DNA of 64,000 nucleotides. It comes from Harriotta raleighana (taxonomy: Eukaryota). Positions 41,401 through 55,316 of this stretch are shown piece after piece. Within the stretch, counting starts at the first letter, position 1, and every line of letters starts with the position of its first letter. Position numbers and translations under genes: made by a program. Below the pieces are notes generated by a model. That model saw only the letters and a list, made by a program, of their open reading frames with translations. It made no database searches and was not told the origin of the DNA. The stretch spans positions 806,001-870,000 of the forward strand of contig JBNZDD010013726.1 of assembly GCA_050575255.1 (NCBI GenBank), in the 5' to 3' direction.

Positions 41401-41572
41401 TTCACTTGTATGGTATTTTGAATATACATTCATATTATTTAAGGTACCACCTCTTTGGTTTGCACTGAGAGTATTTGATCATTTGTATCACTATCGTTTT
41501 AAGTCTTCACTTGTATGGTATAGCTCTTTGGAACAGCTTCAAAGTGCTTTCCCCTAAATAATGTCTTAACCA
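38372..41572. repeat. 1600-bp apparently identical tandem duplication separated by one N (probable assembly artefact)
   Basis: 38372-39971 repeats at 39973-41572 (offset 1601, identical ORFs in the track), with N at 39972. Confidence 0.9.
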
Positions 41573-43679
41573 AAATAGGTATACTAATAGAGTATATTTT
41601 TAATACTGACACATTTGGGCTTATCAACTATACCTGAAAAGGAAATAAATGAATATCCTAACATTTGTTAGAGCTCCTTGCCAAATTGAAAAATCTTCAA
41701 GCATGTCACAGGATTTACTACAACATGTCGTGCTTGTGGATAACACGGCAGATAATTTGCAAACAGCAAAGCCACAAACAGTCATGAAGTGAATGATCCA
41801 CTGTTGGCCCAGACACTGGAAGAAACATATTTCTCTATTCTCTATATTTTTCTTTTTCTCTCTAAAACTCAGAATCCATATGTACCTGTCCTCTACTTAA
41901 TTGCCACTTATATTGTTAATTCTAATATGCAACGCATCATACTTAAGTGGCAATCATGAGTTAGACCCTAAAACAGAAAATATAAGTTTCCAATGACTTG
42001 ACCTCAGCAAAATACTCCTGAATTGTAAATCCTCATTTTCTTCCCAGTTTCATCTCTCAATTGACATTTGAATATTCCCTCATCTCTTTAAATGGAGTAA
42101 GCCAATGGAAACCTAAAGGAATTTACCAGCTGAGTTAATCACCAGTCATGATTGAGTTGGCAATTTTAAATTAAATTTTACATTTAAAATGTAGTTCAGA
42201 TTTAACTGGATTAGATAGGAATGCATTGGAGATTACACTTCCAGATGTTTGATGAGGGGAATAAGCAGTAATAAAAGGTAATGAGCTCCAAAAGGGAAAA
42301 TGGAGATTAAAATGTAATTAATAATTCTTTAAAAAATATTTAATGATTTTACTTTCCAGTGGATTTTAATATCCTGTGGTGCTTTTGATGGAATTAGTGG
42401 TGAAGATCTGCAAGGTATACAGGCGAAAAAGTACCAGAGTGAGAAGGGTTAAAGATTATGAATTATAATGAATATGATTATGAATTATAATCTGTGATTT
42501 GAAGCATTTTATTACCAACATTAGGTATTAAAGGCTCCAGGATTGAGATCCTTTCACACTTTATCTGAGGAACAAGAGTAGGAGCTTTATTAAATGCTTT
42601 ATTATTTGTCTGGATATTCTCTTATTAGTCAGTTGATTGTGAGATAAAGTGAAAATCATTTTTTGGATGCAAGCATGAAAATCTATGCAATGGTATTGAA
42701 AGGTGGGGCGAGGGAAGAGGTGGGGGTTGGGTGGGGGGTAGGGGGGTGATGATCATTGTTGCTTTCTTCTTTTTTCTCTTAATATTTCATTCCATAACTG
42801 TCAATCAACAGCAATAACAACTTGCGTTTATACAGTGCCCTTCACACAGGGTAGCATCCCAGAATTTCCCAGACCTCCAAACTAATCCTTGTGACTAAAT
42901 GTACAACACATAACTTCTTCTGCAGCAGAGCAAAGTTTGAAAGATTCACAAGAAAAGTGAACAAGTGGCAAAAAAGGAGCCATGCTTTTAATTCTGTGTG
43001 AGTTATTGTGTTACAAAGGCGATACAACTGGTGACAGAGGAAGAACGTCACATACTCACAGGTTCTCTGGCAATTTAAATTTGCTTTACTTACACCATAT
43101 TTACAACTGAAACATGTACCATGATGTATTATATACAGGCAATTCACTTTACAGTATATTCTGTGAAGTGCTTTGAGACGTCTAGAAGACGTGAAAAGCA
43201 GTATATCAAATGCAAGGATTATTATTATTACCTTAGTGAAATGCAATGGAGAGGGTGAACATTATTGATCAATCTCATGGTATATTGGACTGAATATTAT
43301 CCTCTGGTAGAAGCAAGCAATATTCATTCTTCTATTTTCAGGGTTAAAGTTGGAAGCCATAACTGCACATAAAGACTGTTTACCTTTCAGTATGTTTGAC
43401 TGCAACTCACTTGCCCCCTGCAGTGACATTGCTGCCTCCAGCTATTCCAAGTACCACCCAGGGAAAAGGTGGAAATTGATGCCAACTATGGAAGTTTTAG
43501 GGGAGCAGAGTTACCCCAAAAAAGCCAACCATTTAGTTTTGTCCTGACTACAAGCTTTTCCAAAAGATTGAATATAGGTCCAGTGAACTGAAAAAAAATC
43601 ACAAACATAATCTAAACCCAGGAAACCCAAAGCAATTTTAGAATGCAGCAAGACAGAACAAAAATACATAGGTGTAGAG

Positions 43680-44718
43680 TTCTCCTCTAGCCCCCACACT
43701 GCCCCAGGCCTCTGTCCTTGGCCCCCTACTTTTCAATATCTATATGCTCCCCCTAGGTGACAGCATCTGCAGAAACGGGGTCAACTTCCACATGTATGTA
43801 TATGACACTCAACGCTATCTTTCTGCCTCTACCCTTGATTCCAGGACTACTGCTATCCTGACAGACTGCCTGTCAGACATCAAGTCCTGGATGAGAGCTC
43901 ACTTTCTGCAGCTGAACGTCAACATGTCTGAGGCCCTCCTGATTAGTGCCTTCACACCTCAGGCACTGGCAGCATGAACCTCTATGATTGCACGCTCCAT
44001 CTCACCAAGCCAGTCAGGAACCTTGGTTAGGAACCTTTAGCCTTGTTCAATCCTCAACTATCTTTCCTATCCACATCCAAGCCATAATCCACTCTGCCTT
44101 CCCTCACTGCCGCAACATTGCCCGATTCCGCCACTACCTCATCCCTCAGGCCATTGAAACCCTCATTCATGCCTTCATCACATCCTGGCTAGACTTGCCT
44201 TTTCCAATTCCTCCCTCCATAAGATGCAGATCATCCAGAACTCTGTGGCCTGGGTCCTCCACAGCTACAAGCATTCTCGCCCGACTCCATTGGCTCCCCA
44301 TCACCCAGAGGATTCAATTTAAGATCCTGGTCCTCGCCTACAAATCTCTTCACTGCTTCACACCCCCACCCCCACACCTTTGTGACCTCCAAACTGCTAT
44401 CAACCTGCCCGCTTCCTTCGCTCAGCGGGCTCCGACCTGCTTCATGACCCCAATCTATTCACGCTACCATCGGCGGGCGAGCTTTCAGTCATTCTGCCCC
44501 CAACCTCTGGAATTCCATCCCCCCCTCCCTAGCCTTCTTCAAGTCCCACCTCAAAACCCTTCTCTTTGATGGTCCCATTGGACCCCAAATCCCCTCCTTT
44601 CTCTCCACCCTCCCCAATCCCGACCCCAGCTCAGGTATGAAATACTGACTGTCCAGTGCCTTGGGACATCCTCCTGCTGTGAAAGGCAATATATAAATGT
44701 AATTTTGTTGTTGTTGTT
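43680..44718 (+). mobile_element. 5'-truncated, frameshifted L2 LINE (RT C-terminal half plus 3' tail)
   Basis: Motifs [29 protein letters not shown] (YADDTQ-like) and ILARLHWLPITQRIQFKILVLAYKSLH, followed by a (TTG)n tail. Confidence 0.92.
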
Positions 44719-45161
44719 GAGTTGCAAAGGACAATTTCAGGGCGGACACCAGGAGGGTAATTATTGACTAGAACAGGTTACCAGGATAGGTAGTTAAGAT
44801 CAAATTTCTGGATTCATTTGAAAAACAATGTGATGCAATGATGGGAAGACGGTGGGGTGGGTATTCTGGGAGGATGAGATCAAATGGGCCAAAGGATCTT
44901 CTTAATCCAGACCGATTTTGTGAATAGCTGGAAATGTGCAAGTTTGTACAATCATTGTTTGAGGATTGCCGATGATACTGCACTGTTAAATTTGCCCCAT
45001 GATGAGCAACTGAATTGTACAGAACTGGCATTTAATTGAGCAAGCTCTGCCACACCCTACAACACATACTATTTACATCAAGATCACTTTTGGAATTCAC
45101 TGGGTAATAGTTTAAATATTTCTGTTAAGATTTCCTACTTTCCAGTCAAACAAGATAATGT

Positions 45162-45483
45162 GGAGCTCCTGTGGCTCAGTGGTTAGAGCAGTCGCCTTAC
45201 AAGCATGAGACCTGTGTTCGAATCCAGGCAGATCAGGGCGAAACCTTGGGCAAGTTTCCTTACTCCATACGCCTAATAATAACCCCTCCAAAAAAACCAC
45301 AATAAAAATTGGTCATTTCAATCCACGACTGTTTGTGGGACACTGCTGTGCGCAATTGGCTGCTGCGTTCCGCCCACAAATATACAGTCAATTCACTTTG
45401 CAGTATATTCTGTGAAGCGCTTTGGGGACGTTGATAAGATGTGAAAAGCGCTATATCAAATGCAAGGATTATTGTATATTATT
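45162..45483 (+). mobile_element. Young full-length tRNA-derived Deu-domain SINE with 7-bp target-site duplication
   Basis: Intact A box TGGCTCAGTGG and B box GTTCGAATCC, a TAC anticodon-like loop (Val-like) and retained CpGs. ATAATGT occurs at 45155-45161 and 45484-45490. Confidence 0.92.
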
Positions 45484-48400
45484 ATAATGTATTAAGGGAC
45501 AACCAGGAAATACAAATCCATCTCTTCAAAGCAACCAGATTATGTGATGTCTCAGTATAAAACATTGCTGTGAGTTTTGAAAATCTTCTCGTGTTATTTG
45601 CTAATGCCTTCAGCTGGGCACTTGAGTATCTGCAAAGGCTCTGTCTGGCTGTTTGATTGCTGTCTCTAAAAGGTACCATTGTCTCTTGTGGATAATTCAT
45701 TGAAAAAATTATTTTGCAAAAATTCCTTTCGAAGTACATTTTATTTTATGCACATTTTGTTCTCAGACTGCGAAATGTTATTGATTTCACAAAGATGAGG
45801 AAATACCAAGGTGTACACTTACACCTGGCTTAATGCCGGATATAGTGTTTATGTTCAGACCTGCAGATCTGAGCCAGACAAAGGATTAAGAGCTAGATTT
45901 GAATTTTGATATGGTTTCAGCTGGAGTCTAAGAGAAACATTTTCAATTTTTAGCTATTAATAATACTGTAGTAACCCTTGCATTTGTTACAGCATTTTCA
46001 CTTCGGGAGAATGTCTCAAAGTGCTGCTCTCAGGATGTACTTTAAAGTGCAATAACCTTGTAGGTTGTGGGTGAAAGCAGCAGCGAATTTACACGCAGTG
46101 AAGTGTCCCAAAAATAGCCATGGAATAAATGGACTAGTTTTACTTAGAGAATTGTTGGCTTGGACAATGGGAGAAATTCCCTTTTCAAATAATGTCAATT
46201 TGAACAGGCAGGCGGAACCTCAATTTAATGACTCATTCAAAGGATGGCATCTTTGACAATAGAACACACCTTCAGCACTATAGAGTCAGTCTGGATGATC
46301 TGCTCAGAGTCCTTATGTGGATCTTTAATTAGTTCTAAAGGTGACTTTTGCTGTGGACCAATTTATAGATTGCACATCTCCTGTTAACAGATCTCAGTGA
46401 CATTTTGTTTGTTTAAGCATGGATTAAGTGAGATTTTACTTCTTTATCTGTGCTCATACAACCATCGATGCTCACAGAAATCCATACAACTAAAGTGCCT
46501 AAAACAAATCCAGGTCTTTCGGTGGCAAAGCACAGAAATATGTAAACTATGGCTGACATATTTAAAATGCTTTCCTTAACTTTGCATAGGTAGGTGCAAA
46601 TTTGCTACCTTTACAATAGTTGCTACACTTCACTGTAAATTCTGTGATGTATTTTACTATGTTCTCCTGACATAAAAGCTGCTATGTCAAATGCAAGGAT
46701 TAGTATACAGTATATGATTACCTTAAATGCAGGAGGCATTTGTGGGTGCACAGCATGAAAATAGTAGCAAAAGGCTACCAAGTCTTTCCGAAATGCTGAA
46801 ATACCTCCATGTTAAAGGAGTTTTATATGTTCCCACTCCTCTCCTTCCCCCACCCCAGTCCAACCAGTTAGGGTGAAAATTAAATACTTTTCAGTACTTG
46901 TTTGCCACCAAATATCATCAGTAATACTGTATGTGTTACTGAATGAAACAAGTGCACTTTTTCTGTTTGTTTAACTACACTTGCTGTCAATCCTGTTGTT
47001 TCCTATTTAATTTCCATTTTGAAATGTCCTTTCCAGCTATTCTGTTAGAATCTCTGTTATGCATTATTACTGTGTGGCCCTGAAGCATGGTTTAACAACT
47101 AATTGCTTTTAACAGTCTTTCTGGTAATGCACCATTTTTTTTGAGGTTGCAAATGTGCAGATTGAAGTGGGCAATTTATTGATTGCTTAAATGGAGAAAG
47201 AGGAGGAATACAACTCACCAATGTGCTGTTATATGGTTGTCACAGCTCATGCTGTTTGGCTTATCCCCACAAGCTGCAGTATAAATGATTTGTAGCGAGA
47301 TTAATTGAGAATGTGATTAAAGAAACATTTCATATCACTGCCGTAAATACGTTTACAAGAAATCATTGCATTATATCATTTTAAAAATCTATTGATTTGG
47401 ACTTATTGAATATAACATGAGAGGGCCTCCATACTCCTATTAATTTATGATCACTTTAGATGTCCTTTTGAATAACAATGTCAATACAGGAGAAGGGGGA
47501 GTTATTTGTGCTGACAGAAGCAAGACTGACTAAAGTATTACAGAGAGCTATTAACACTGATAGTGACATATGGATCGCCTGGATACAAACAATTGGCTTA
47601 AGAAGCTGCAGACGGATGTGGAGTATAAAATAGGAAAGCGCCTCGCTGGGCCTAGCCTGCAGCATATTCAGCTTGAAATTATGGTGTGGCAAGCAGTTTA
47701 CAACACACATTTACACCTGGCTTTTATCCATTGCCGAAGTACTGCCATCTGTTCTCTTTGGCTCCTGAAGAAATCTGTAATCTAGGCATTCTTTGCATAT
47801 TTCATTACTCTTTTGCAACTTGTAATTAATCTGCCACAAAGTTACTGCTTTGTTTTATTCCCCTTTGCATTCCATCACACAATAAAGTCCCTTGTTTGGC
47901 TTTAACTAAATAAATAGCTAAAATGGTAGATACTGTGTCTTGGAGTGATCTAAGGCAGTGAACTAATTCAGATGGTTTATTATAGAATGATGAATACCTT
48001 GAAGTGTGTACATGTCAATGTTTTAATTGAGGGATTCCAGCAACATCATAAACAACAGGAGCAAAGCTTAGATTGTATCAAGCCAAAATCTCGATCCGAC
48101 ATTGAGACCCCACAAGAATTATATCTTGGACTATATTCGGTATGAAAAAATGACACCAGGTTTGTATTCCAGTTTTGCTGAATAGTGTGCAATACTAACT
48201 GATCCAAATTGATGTCTCGATTCTGACTTTGCTCCTCCCCCACCTCCCCAAGTTCTTGATTGGATATAACCAATAATGGCAGAACTGGGAGGTGGGCAGG
48301 GAAGGCACGTGTTCACATCACCAATAAAAAAAAGTAGAGGTAGCAGATCCAGGTTGAAGTTAAGGATGTTCTTCTCCCTCCTCCAGTCTTGTCCAGGTGT

Positions 48401-48859
48401 TGTGGCTGCTATCAGCTTGCTGATGATGAGGATGATGTTGAGCTTGGTGATCACACTGGTGTTTTTGGTTGCCTGCCTGATGCTGGGAATTATTGAAGTA
48501 AGGCATGTGCTAATAACTCTCCCTCCACCCCACCCACCCACCCACATCCCCTCACCCACACTCCCCCCATCATAAAAATGCTTCTGTCACCTATACTAAA
48601 TGCTATGAATCTTAAAACATTGATTCTGCCTCTCCTTTCATTCCCTCATCTTCCTAGTTGTTTTGCACTCTGTACCGGTGAGTCAGTGGTCACTGTTTTC
48701 TTTAACTTGACCACTGCAAACTGCCTAAAAACTAAACAAGGTATATTTGGAGCTTGCGATTCAACAAGGGATTGCACTGAATCAAACACTTCCCGGAGGC
48801 ACAGCTGTGAGCAGAAGGGACGTAAGCAGAGGTGGTCACGCACTGATCTGGATACACAT

Positions 48860-49278
48860 ACTTACTCGCATCAAACTCCCATCTCACCAGTTCTGGCCAG
48901 GCTTCACTGGCTCCCCCATCACTGAATGTATCAACTTCATGATCCTCACACTCATGTTCAAATCCCTTCACTCCCTGGCACCTCCCTCAATCTGCAACCT
49001 CCTCTCCCACCGAGCATCTGCTTGACTGGCACTGGCCTCCACTCCACCATTGGAGGTCACTCATTTAGTCACTGTGTCTCCAAACTCTGGAATTCTCTCC
49101 TTTAATTCCTCTGCCTTGCCTTCTCTCTCTCTCCCCTTTTTCAAGTCCTGCTGAAAACCTTCCTCTTTGAACGTGCTTATGGTCACCTTCCCACCGTCCG
49201 CCCAGCTCGGTGTCAGGCTCTGCCACTGTTGTCCTCTTGGTGGAGGGTGTTATACAAGTGCAAGCTGTTATTGTTGAT
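48860..49278 (+). mobile_element. Old L2 LINE 3' fragment
   Basis: ISPVLARLHWLP and FMILTLMFKSLHSLAP motifs, with a degenerate tail. Confidence 0.8.
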
Positions 49279-51067
49279 CAATTGTTTCAGTGATTCCGAG
49301 CAAATGCAGGCTGCCACATACCTGAAGAAGCAAATGTGTTCGCCTCTCAGTCTTGGAGTCATGACATTTTCATCATCACTGCAGCTTCTGTGACACACCC
49401 CGAAGACTTTGATTAGACTCCTGTTGTATCCTATCATCCTACAAGATGACTTCACAATTAATTTCAGGAGGTTAACATTATTAGCTTTTACTGACTGCAC
49501 TCGGCTCTGGGACACACACTCCCTTAACAGTGTTTTGTTGTTAGAAAATTACTGAAGAAACACCCCTTTTAAATTGTAAGATAGGACTGTGCTCCCCTTC
49601 TTTGTATTTTAGATGTTCAGCCCTTGAGTGGTCAAAACCTGATTCTTGGTGCCCATTGAAAATAGAAGATAATGTTGTCATTTTCTGGGTGGGAACAAAT
49701 TAAATTCTTAGCCCCAAATTTCATATATTTTCATTTGCAATTGCAACAGGATGATCGTAAGAAACAGCTTACTGAGTATAATAGCTAATTTCACCAGGAT
49801 GTAACTAATGTAGCCTACTAAAAAGTAACCTATTCTTAAGCTCTGTCGATATGAAAAAGCTGCAATCCTTATCCACGGAGGAGAATGTACAAGAAGAAAG
49901 ATTTATTACAGGCCCGAAAGCTTGGGTGAACTGAACCCACTGGACCAGTCATTCCCTGGGTTCTGTGTCATTAATCTTTGAAAGTCTACCAGGTGCAGAT
50001 CCTGCCAAGTTTGCTTTGCATGTGCATTAGTTTCAACTTAATTATTTCCTGCTGGGGCTTCTGGACGAAGCATAGCCTGGAATTGCCTGGACACTAATGT
50101 AGGTATGCAGGTGGAGTGTGTATATGTATACGTGTGAGAAAATAAACAGCATAGGGTTTGTTTAGATTAGCAAGATGTGCCAAATTTGGATTCCAACGGC
50201 AGATTCGGAAGCAGAATTTTACTAAGTTCTCTGACGATTAGTAGCAGCAGTTTCACTGACATATTCTTGATTCAGATACAGTCTAAGTTGTTATACCTCC
50301 ATGCCATTTTTTTAATTAAAAAAAGAGCACAGGATCAACATTGTATGATTACTATTGATCAAATGGCCATTTGGTTAAGCATGGGCAGTGATTGTCTTCA
50401 TATAATTTGAAAGCTGAGGCCAAACTTATACTTGCTGAAGTTCAGATGTTCAGTAGATGTCACTGTACAATGATTTGAAAGTAGGATAATTCCCTTCCCC
50501 AGGCCTATATCTCCAGTTGTAGCACTCTTAATTTAGGATTGTTAATTCAACCTGGGATGGACCAAGTATCTTGTAGCTCAAATGCTTATCTGTTCATTAC
50601 AATAACTTCCAATACTCTGGACATGAGTAATCTTACTGTAATATGACTAGGAAAACAACAACAAAATTACACCTGTATAGTACCTTTCACATCAGGAGGA
50701 CATCCCGAGGTGCTGGAATAGTCTGACATATTTGAAGCAAATTTGAAGAGAAATTCCATCTTGGTGTAAATTTACTTTACTTACAGTAAGTAACATTTCA
50801 GGGCATTCAGAGTTTGGCAAATGATTGAATTCAGTATTGACAGTAGAGAGTTGACTTTCCACACAAATCAGTAATGTTTCATCATGGATAAGGAAACAAT
50901 GTGAATAATTTACTCAAAATACCAATTGGCTTCAGAAAAAATAATCTTCCATCAAAAGTTATACTGTCACTATAGTTATACAAAGCCAGCCCTTTCCTCT
51001 CTCCTGTTGGAAGATTATTTTTATTGGAGCCAATTTGTTTCCTGATCCATGATAAAACATAACTAAT

Positions 51068-51748
51068 CAGACTACGACACTGCCTCACCCCTTACGCTGC
51101 TGAAACACTAGTCCACGCCTTCATCACCTCAAGGCTGGACTATGGGAACTCTCTCCTCGTAGGCCTCCCGGCTACTCCATCCTCAAGCTGCAGGTCATCC
51201 AGAACTCTGCAGCTCATGTACTCTCCCGTACCAGGCTTCATGACCACATCACTCCCACCCTTGCCCGTCTCCACTGGCTCCCCATCCCCCAGAGGATCGA
51301 ATTCAAGATCCTCATCCTTACCTACAAGGCCATTCATGGCCTTGCTCCCTCCTACCTCTCCGACCTACTATCCCCCTATCTACCTGCCCATACCCTCCGT
51401 TCCTCTGACTCTGGTCTGCTCCACATCCCCTGCCCTAACCATCCTACCATCGGCGGCCGGGCTTTCAGCCGCTCAGCCCCCAGGCTCTGGAACTCCATCC
51501 CCCAGTGCCTTCGCCTCGCTTCCTCCCTTTCCTCTTTCAAGGCCAGTCTCAAGACCTTTCTCTTGCCTTCAGCTTCCCTCTCGACTCTCTACCCCCTCTC
51601 GACTCTCTACCCCCTCCTCGCTCCCTCCCTCCCCTTGCCCTGAACATTTCCCCCTGCTCGGGTCCTAAACCAACTGTCCAGCACCTTGGGAGGTCCTCCC
51701 GACGTGAAACGCACTCTATAAATGCAATCTTGTTGTTGTTGTTGTTGT
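51068..51748 (+). mobile_element. L2 LINE 3' fragment (relatively young)
   Basis: Reads AETLVHAFITSRLDYGNSLL...DHITPTLARLHWLPIPQRIEFKILILTYKAIHGLAPPYLSDLL across a frameshift, with CpGs retained and a (TTG)n tail. Confidence 0.92.
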
Positions 51749-53284
51749 AATCAGTGAGGGGAGTTGATTCTCTGTTGTAATGGGTTCACATTATTAAATA
51801 ATGATTCTGGGTGAATTACAAGACACAATGGTCTGTATGCAAAATATCCTTACGATATTTGCTTTTTTCTGAGCCCGCAACACATTGGTTTTTGTTTAAA
51901 ATGCTTCAATTTGACTATTTACAAATAGCAAAAATATATCAGCGGCTGAATCACAATCATCTGTTTGTTGACATTTGATGGATGAAATTAATCTGAGGGA
52001 ATACGGTCTAATAGATAAGAGATGAGTACATAGAAATGAAATGTCTTGTGCTGAACAGAATGTCAAAATGTTAAACAATAAACCATTAAAATAGTAATTG
52101 AACAATGTTACGGTTGATATAGATATATTATTGGTGGCAAAAATGGGAGTTTATCCTTGTACAGTATTTGAGATGCCCTCCAGTTCAAGGTACTGTATCA
52201 AAGTACTTCACAGGATTTTACAGTAAAGTGCAATGACTATGCATGTTGAATGAGCAGAATGGCAGCCATTCTGTGCATTGCAATGAAACATACAAAATAG
52301 CACCAAAAAGTGATGTAAAAAAACTTATGCCTGTTTCCGATTACTGGCTAAATGTATTCTGTTGTTCTAATTCTGAATCCAAACGTGAGGGAGAAAAAAA
52401 TAACCAGAGGAAAATTGTGGCAAACGTCAGAATCTGCTTCAATCAGCACATTGCTGGGATGTAATTACAGTGCTTCTGTTGTTTCATTTGACTCGCACAG
52501 TCAGGCATCAATGTTAAACCATATTAATCATCGCCCAGTTTCACTGCCTGTGCTGAAATTTGTTGAAAATGGAGCTAAGTTTCCAATTATGGTGCAAAAA
52601 AATACTACCGTACTTTGGTGTATTCTGCTGATCATTATGAATCCTGTGCCAGGATTTTAACACTGCCCACAAGGCGGGGAACAAGTGAGGGGGGGCTGAT
52701 TATTTTCTGACTCAAGTTATTTCTTTAAATTACCGAGCGTTCAAGTGCACTGTTTCGTGATTCTGCCATTGTTGCACACATCAGTGAAGATGATTCTTCC
52801 AAGATGTTCTACCTCAATCAGACTGCCGCCAGCAGTTTTCCTGAACCCCACCAGAGAGCTAAAGTAGATTTTGTTTGAGTCAAAATATCCTGGAGTCATT
52901 TATGCATAATAGGTTAAGCTATAAACTGAATTCATCATGTCATTTCTCAAAACATTACTTCTCATTTACTCAAGAGTTTTGCAAATAATCATACAAAAAA
53001 TAGTGTTTCGTGTCTCCTGCATATTTTGTCATTGTGAACTATTGTGCAGGTTTGAGCCCATGACAGCTGATATATCACCAGAGAAAGAAATGTTACTACA
53101 CGTCTTATCCGAGGATGGGGATCTTGTGGATCTTTTTTGCAGACTGCTGGTTCAATAGTGATTGTGGTATGGACTGACCCTATTGTTGGTCCCAGAATGC
53201 CTGAATGAAGACAAGGGAAAAAGAGAATCGAGAACAATTTTAAATTTATATCACGCCTTTCAATTCAGGAGGACATCTCAAAGT

Positions 53285-53592
53285 GGAGTCCTGTAGCTCA
53301 GTGGTTAGAGCACTTGCCTAGGAAGCAAAGGACCTGGATTCCTGGCAAATCAGGGTGAATACTTGGGCAGGTTTCCTTACTCCACACGTCTGATAATAAT
53401 TCCTCGGGAAAAAAATAACTATAATAAATTGGTCATTTGAATCCATGACTGTTTGTGGGATACTGCTGTGCGCAATTAACTGCTGTGTTTTGCCCACAAA
53501 TATACAGTCAATTCACTTTACACTATATTCTGTGAAGTGCTTTGTTATCCAGAATATGTGAACAACGCTAAATTAAATGCAAAGATTATTGT
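53285..53592 (+). mobile_element. tRNA-derived Deu-domain SINE
   Basis: Family head, body and tail. Confidence 0.85.
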
Positions 53593-53839
53593 TATAAAGT
53601 GTTTCACAGAGCCACAACAAAGAATTGTGATTTTAATTTGTCAACACATATCCATTAATTATTATTATTATAATGTTAATCCGTCTAAATGCATTATTAT
53701 ACTACAGTACTACCTATAATCCTTGCATACCATACGGTGCCTTCTCACGCCATTGAGATGCCTCAAAGAGATTCAAAGATATATTTTAAATAGGATTGAT
53801 TGTATCTTGTCAGTGAAATGCATCAGCCAGTTGTGCACA

Positions 53840-54060
53840 ACAGGATCCAATACTCCAGTTGAGACCTAACCATAATTTATAAAGGTTTAGCAGATCGTCC
53901 TTGCTTTTGTAGTCTTGTAAGTCTCTGTGTGTAAAGCATAGGATTCCCATATGCTTCTTAACAGCTCTATCAACCAGTCCCTCCACCTTCAAAGATCTGT
54001 GCAAGTGACCCCCCCAGGTCTCTCTGCTCCCAAACTCCTTTTAACATTGTACCATATAGT
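53840..54060 (-). mobile_element. CR1 LINE ORF2 fragment
   Basis: Translates HRSLKVEGLVDRAVKK...YKSKDDLLNLYKL, homologous to the CR1 at 61260-61480. Confidence 0.8.
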
Positions 54061-55316
54061 GTAAGAGACACAGGCACTGCTGGCCAGTAAAACCTGTACC
54101 CTTTACACCAAGACAATGGAAACCATGTTTGTAGTTCCAGCCAGATCATGAATGACCAAGAATTCTGTAGTAATCACAATGTGGGATCTCTCAATCTATC
54201 GTATTTCAATTTAATTCACCTTTTTAACAAATGAGGAGGAATGTCAAATAAAATAAATAGATAAAATTGCTCAGGCCTTGAACCGTTTTTTCACTACAAT
54301 GCTGACTGCGCAATTAGGAACTTTTGATAAATACAGAGCAGCCTGGCAATGATGCAAATGATTAACATTAATCAGTACTGATAACTCCTCTGGAATTAGC
54401 AGGTAATTCAAAGAGAGATATTTGTGGTTGGATCCTTCCTATACAACAGTATTGACTTCTTGTTGCCTTCAGTTTGCAATAATCTTTCCTTTTCTCCCAT
54501 TACCTTTTAAAATAACTCACAATGAAGTCTGTGGATAACATACATTTAGGCTTTTTTTTCTATTTCATTTCTGTTTAGGCATTTTGGCCTTGAGAATGAA
54601 AGGACATGAACTTAACTGGTTCATGTTATGCATTCAACTGATAAACAGCTGCAATAGATCCTAATGCACTGTGGGAAACCTTATAACGTAACTGTGGGTA
54701 GTTTGAATTCCCACCGCTTTACCTTATGGATTGGCACCTAAAGTATGGAATGCATCATTTTTAAATGACAAGGACCACAGGGTTATTCCTCGAATTTCTC
54801 CTTGGGGGCATTTAATTTTTTTCTTGCCAAACATAAGTATGCAAAATGCATTTGGAAGATTTTTAAAGATTCCTGGTGTGTTGAACATTACAAAGCTAGA
54901 ATTATACAGTATCATGAACTCATTGCTAAAGATGATCACAGTTCTGAACCCAAAGCACATTCCTTGGCAAAAATCTAAGAACTTCCCAGATAGTAAATTA
55001 AAGATCATTCTGTGCACTTGTGTTGATCTGAAGCAGCCTGTTAGTACAGTATTACATTACATCCCACATTAAATGGGAAGCGATTGAAATGAAGATAATG
55101 CACATTTATTCAATTTTATACTTTAATCTGGCCTAAAGGAGGGAAAGAAATCATGCAATGAAATTCATTGCAAACAGGAGTCAACAAATGGGAATCTTTT
55201 AAAATGCAAACTTTTTTTTTACTGAATGCTGATATGTTAACATGTTTCAGTTGCAAAGGACTTACTTTTGTGCATAAGATTTGTAATTGTAATGGTATAA
55301 TATGCAAATACTTCTA

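Noticed and set aside
38372-41572. 1.6-kb tandem duplication as a real segmental duplication
   Set aside because: The copies appear identical and abut a single N, the signature of unmerged overlapping contig ends. The same pattern occurs at 22706 and 55826. Read depth or long reads would settle it.
45162-45235. tRNA-Val(TAC) gene (also at the heads of the other SINE copies)
   Set aside because: A and B boxes and an anticodon-like loop are present, but there is no proper acceptor stem and the sequence runs straight into the SINE body and tail.
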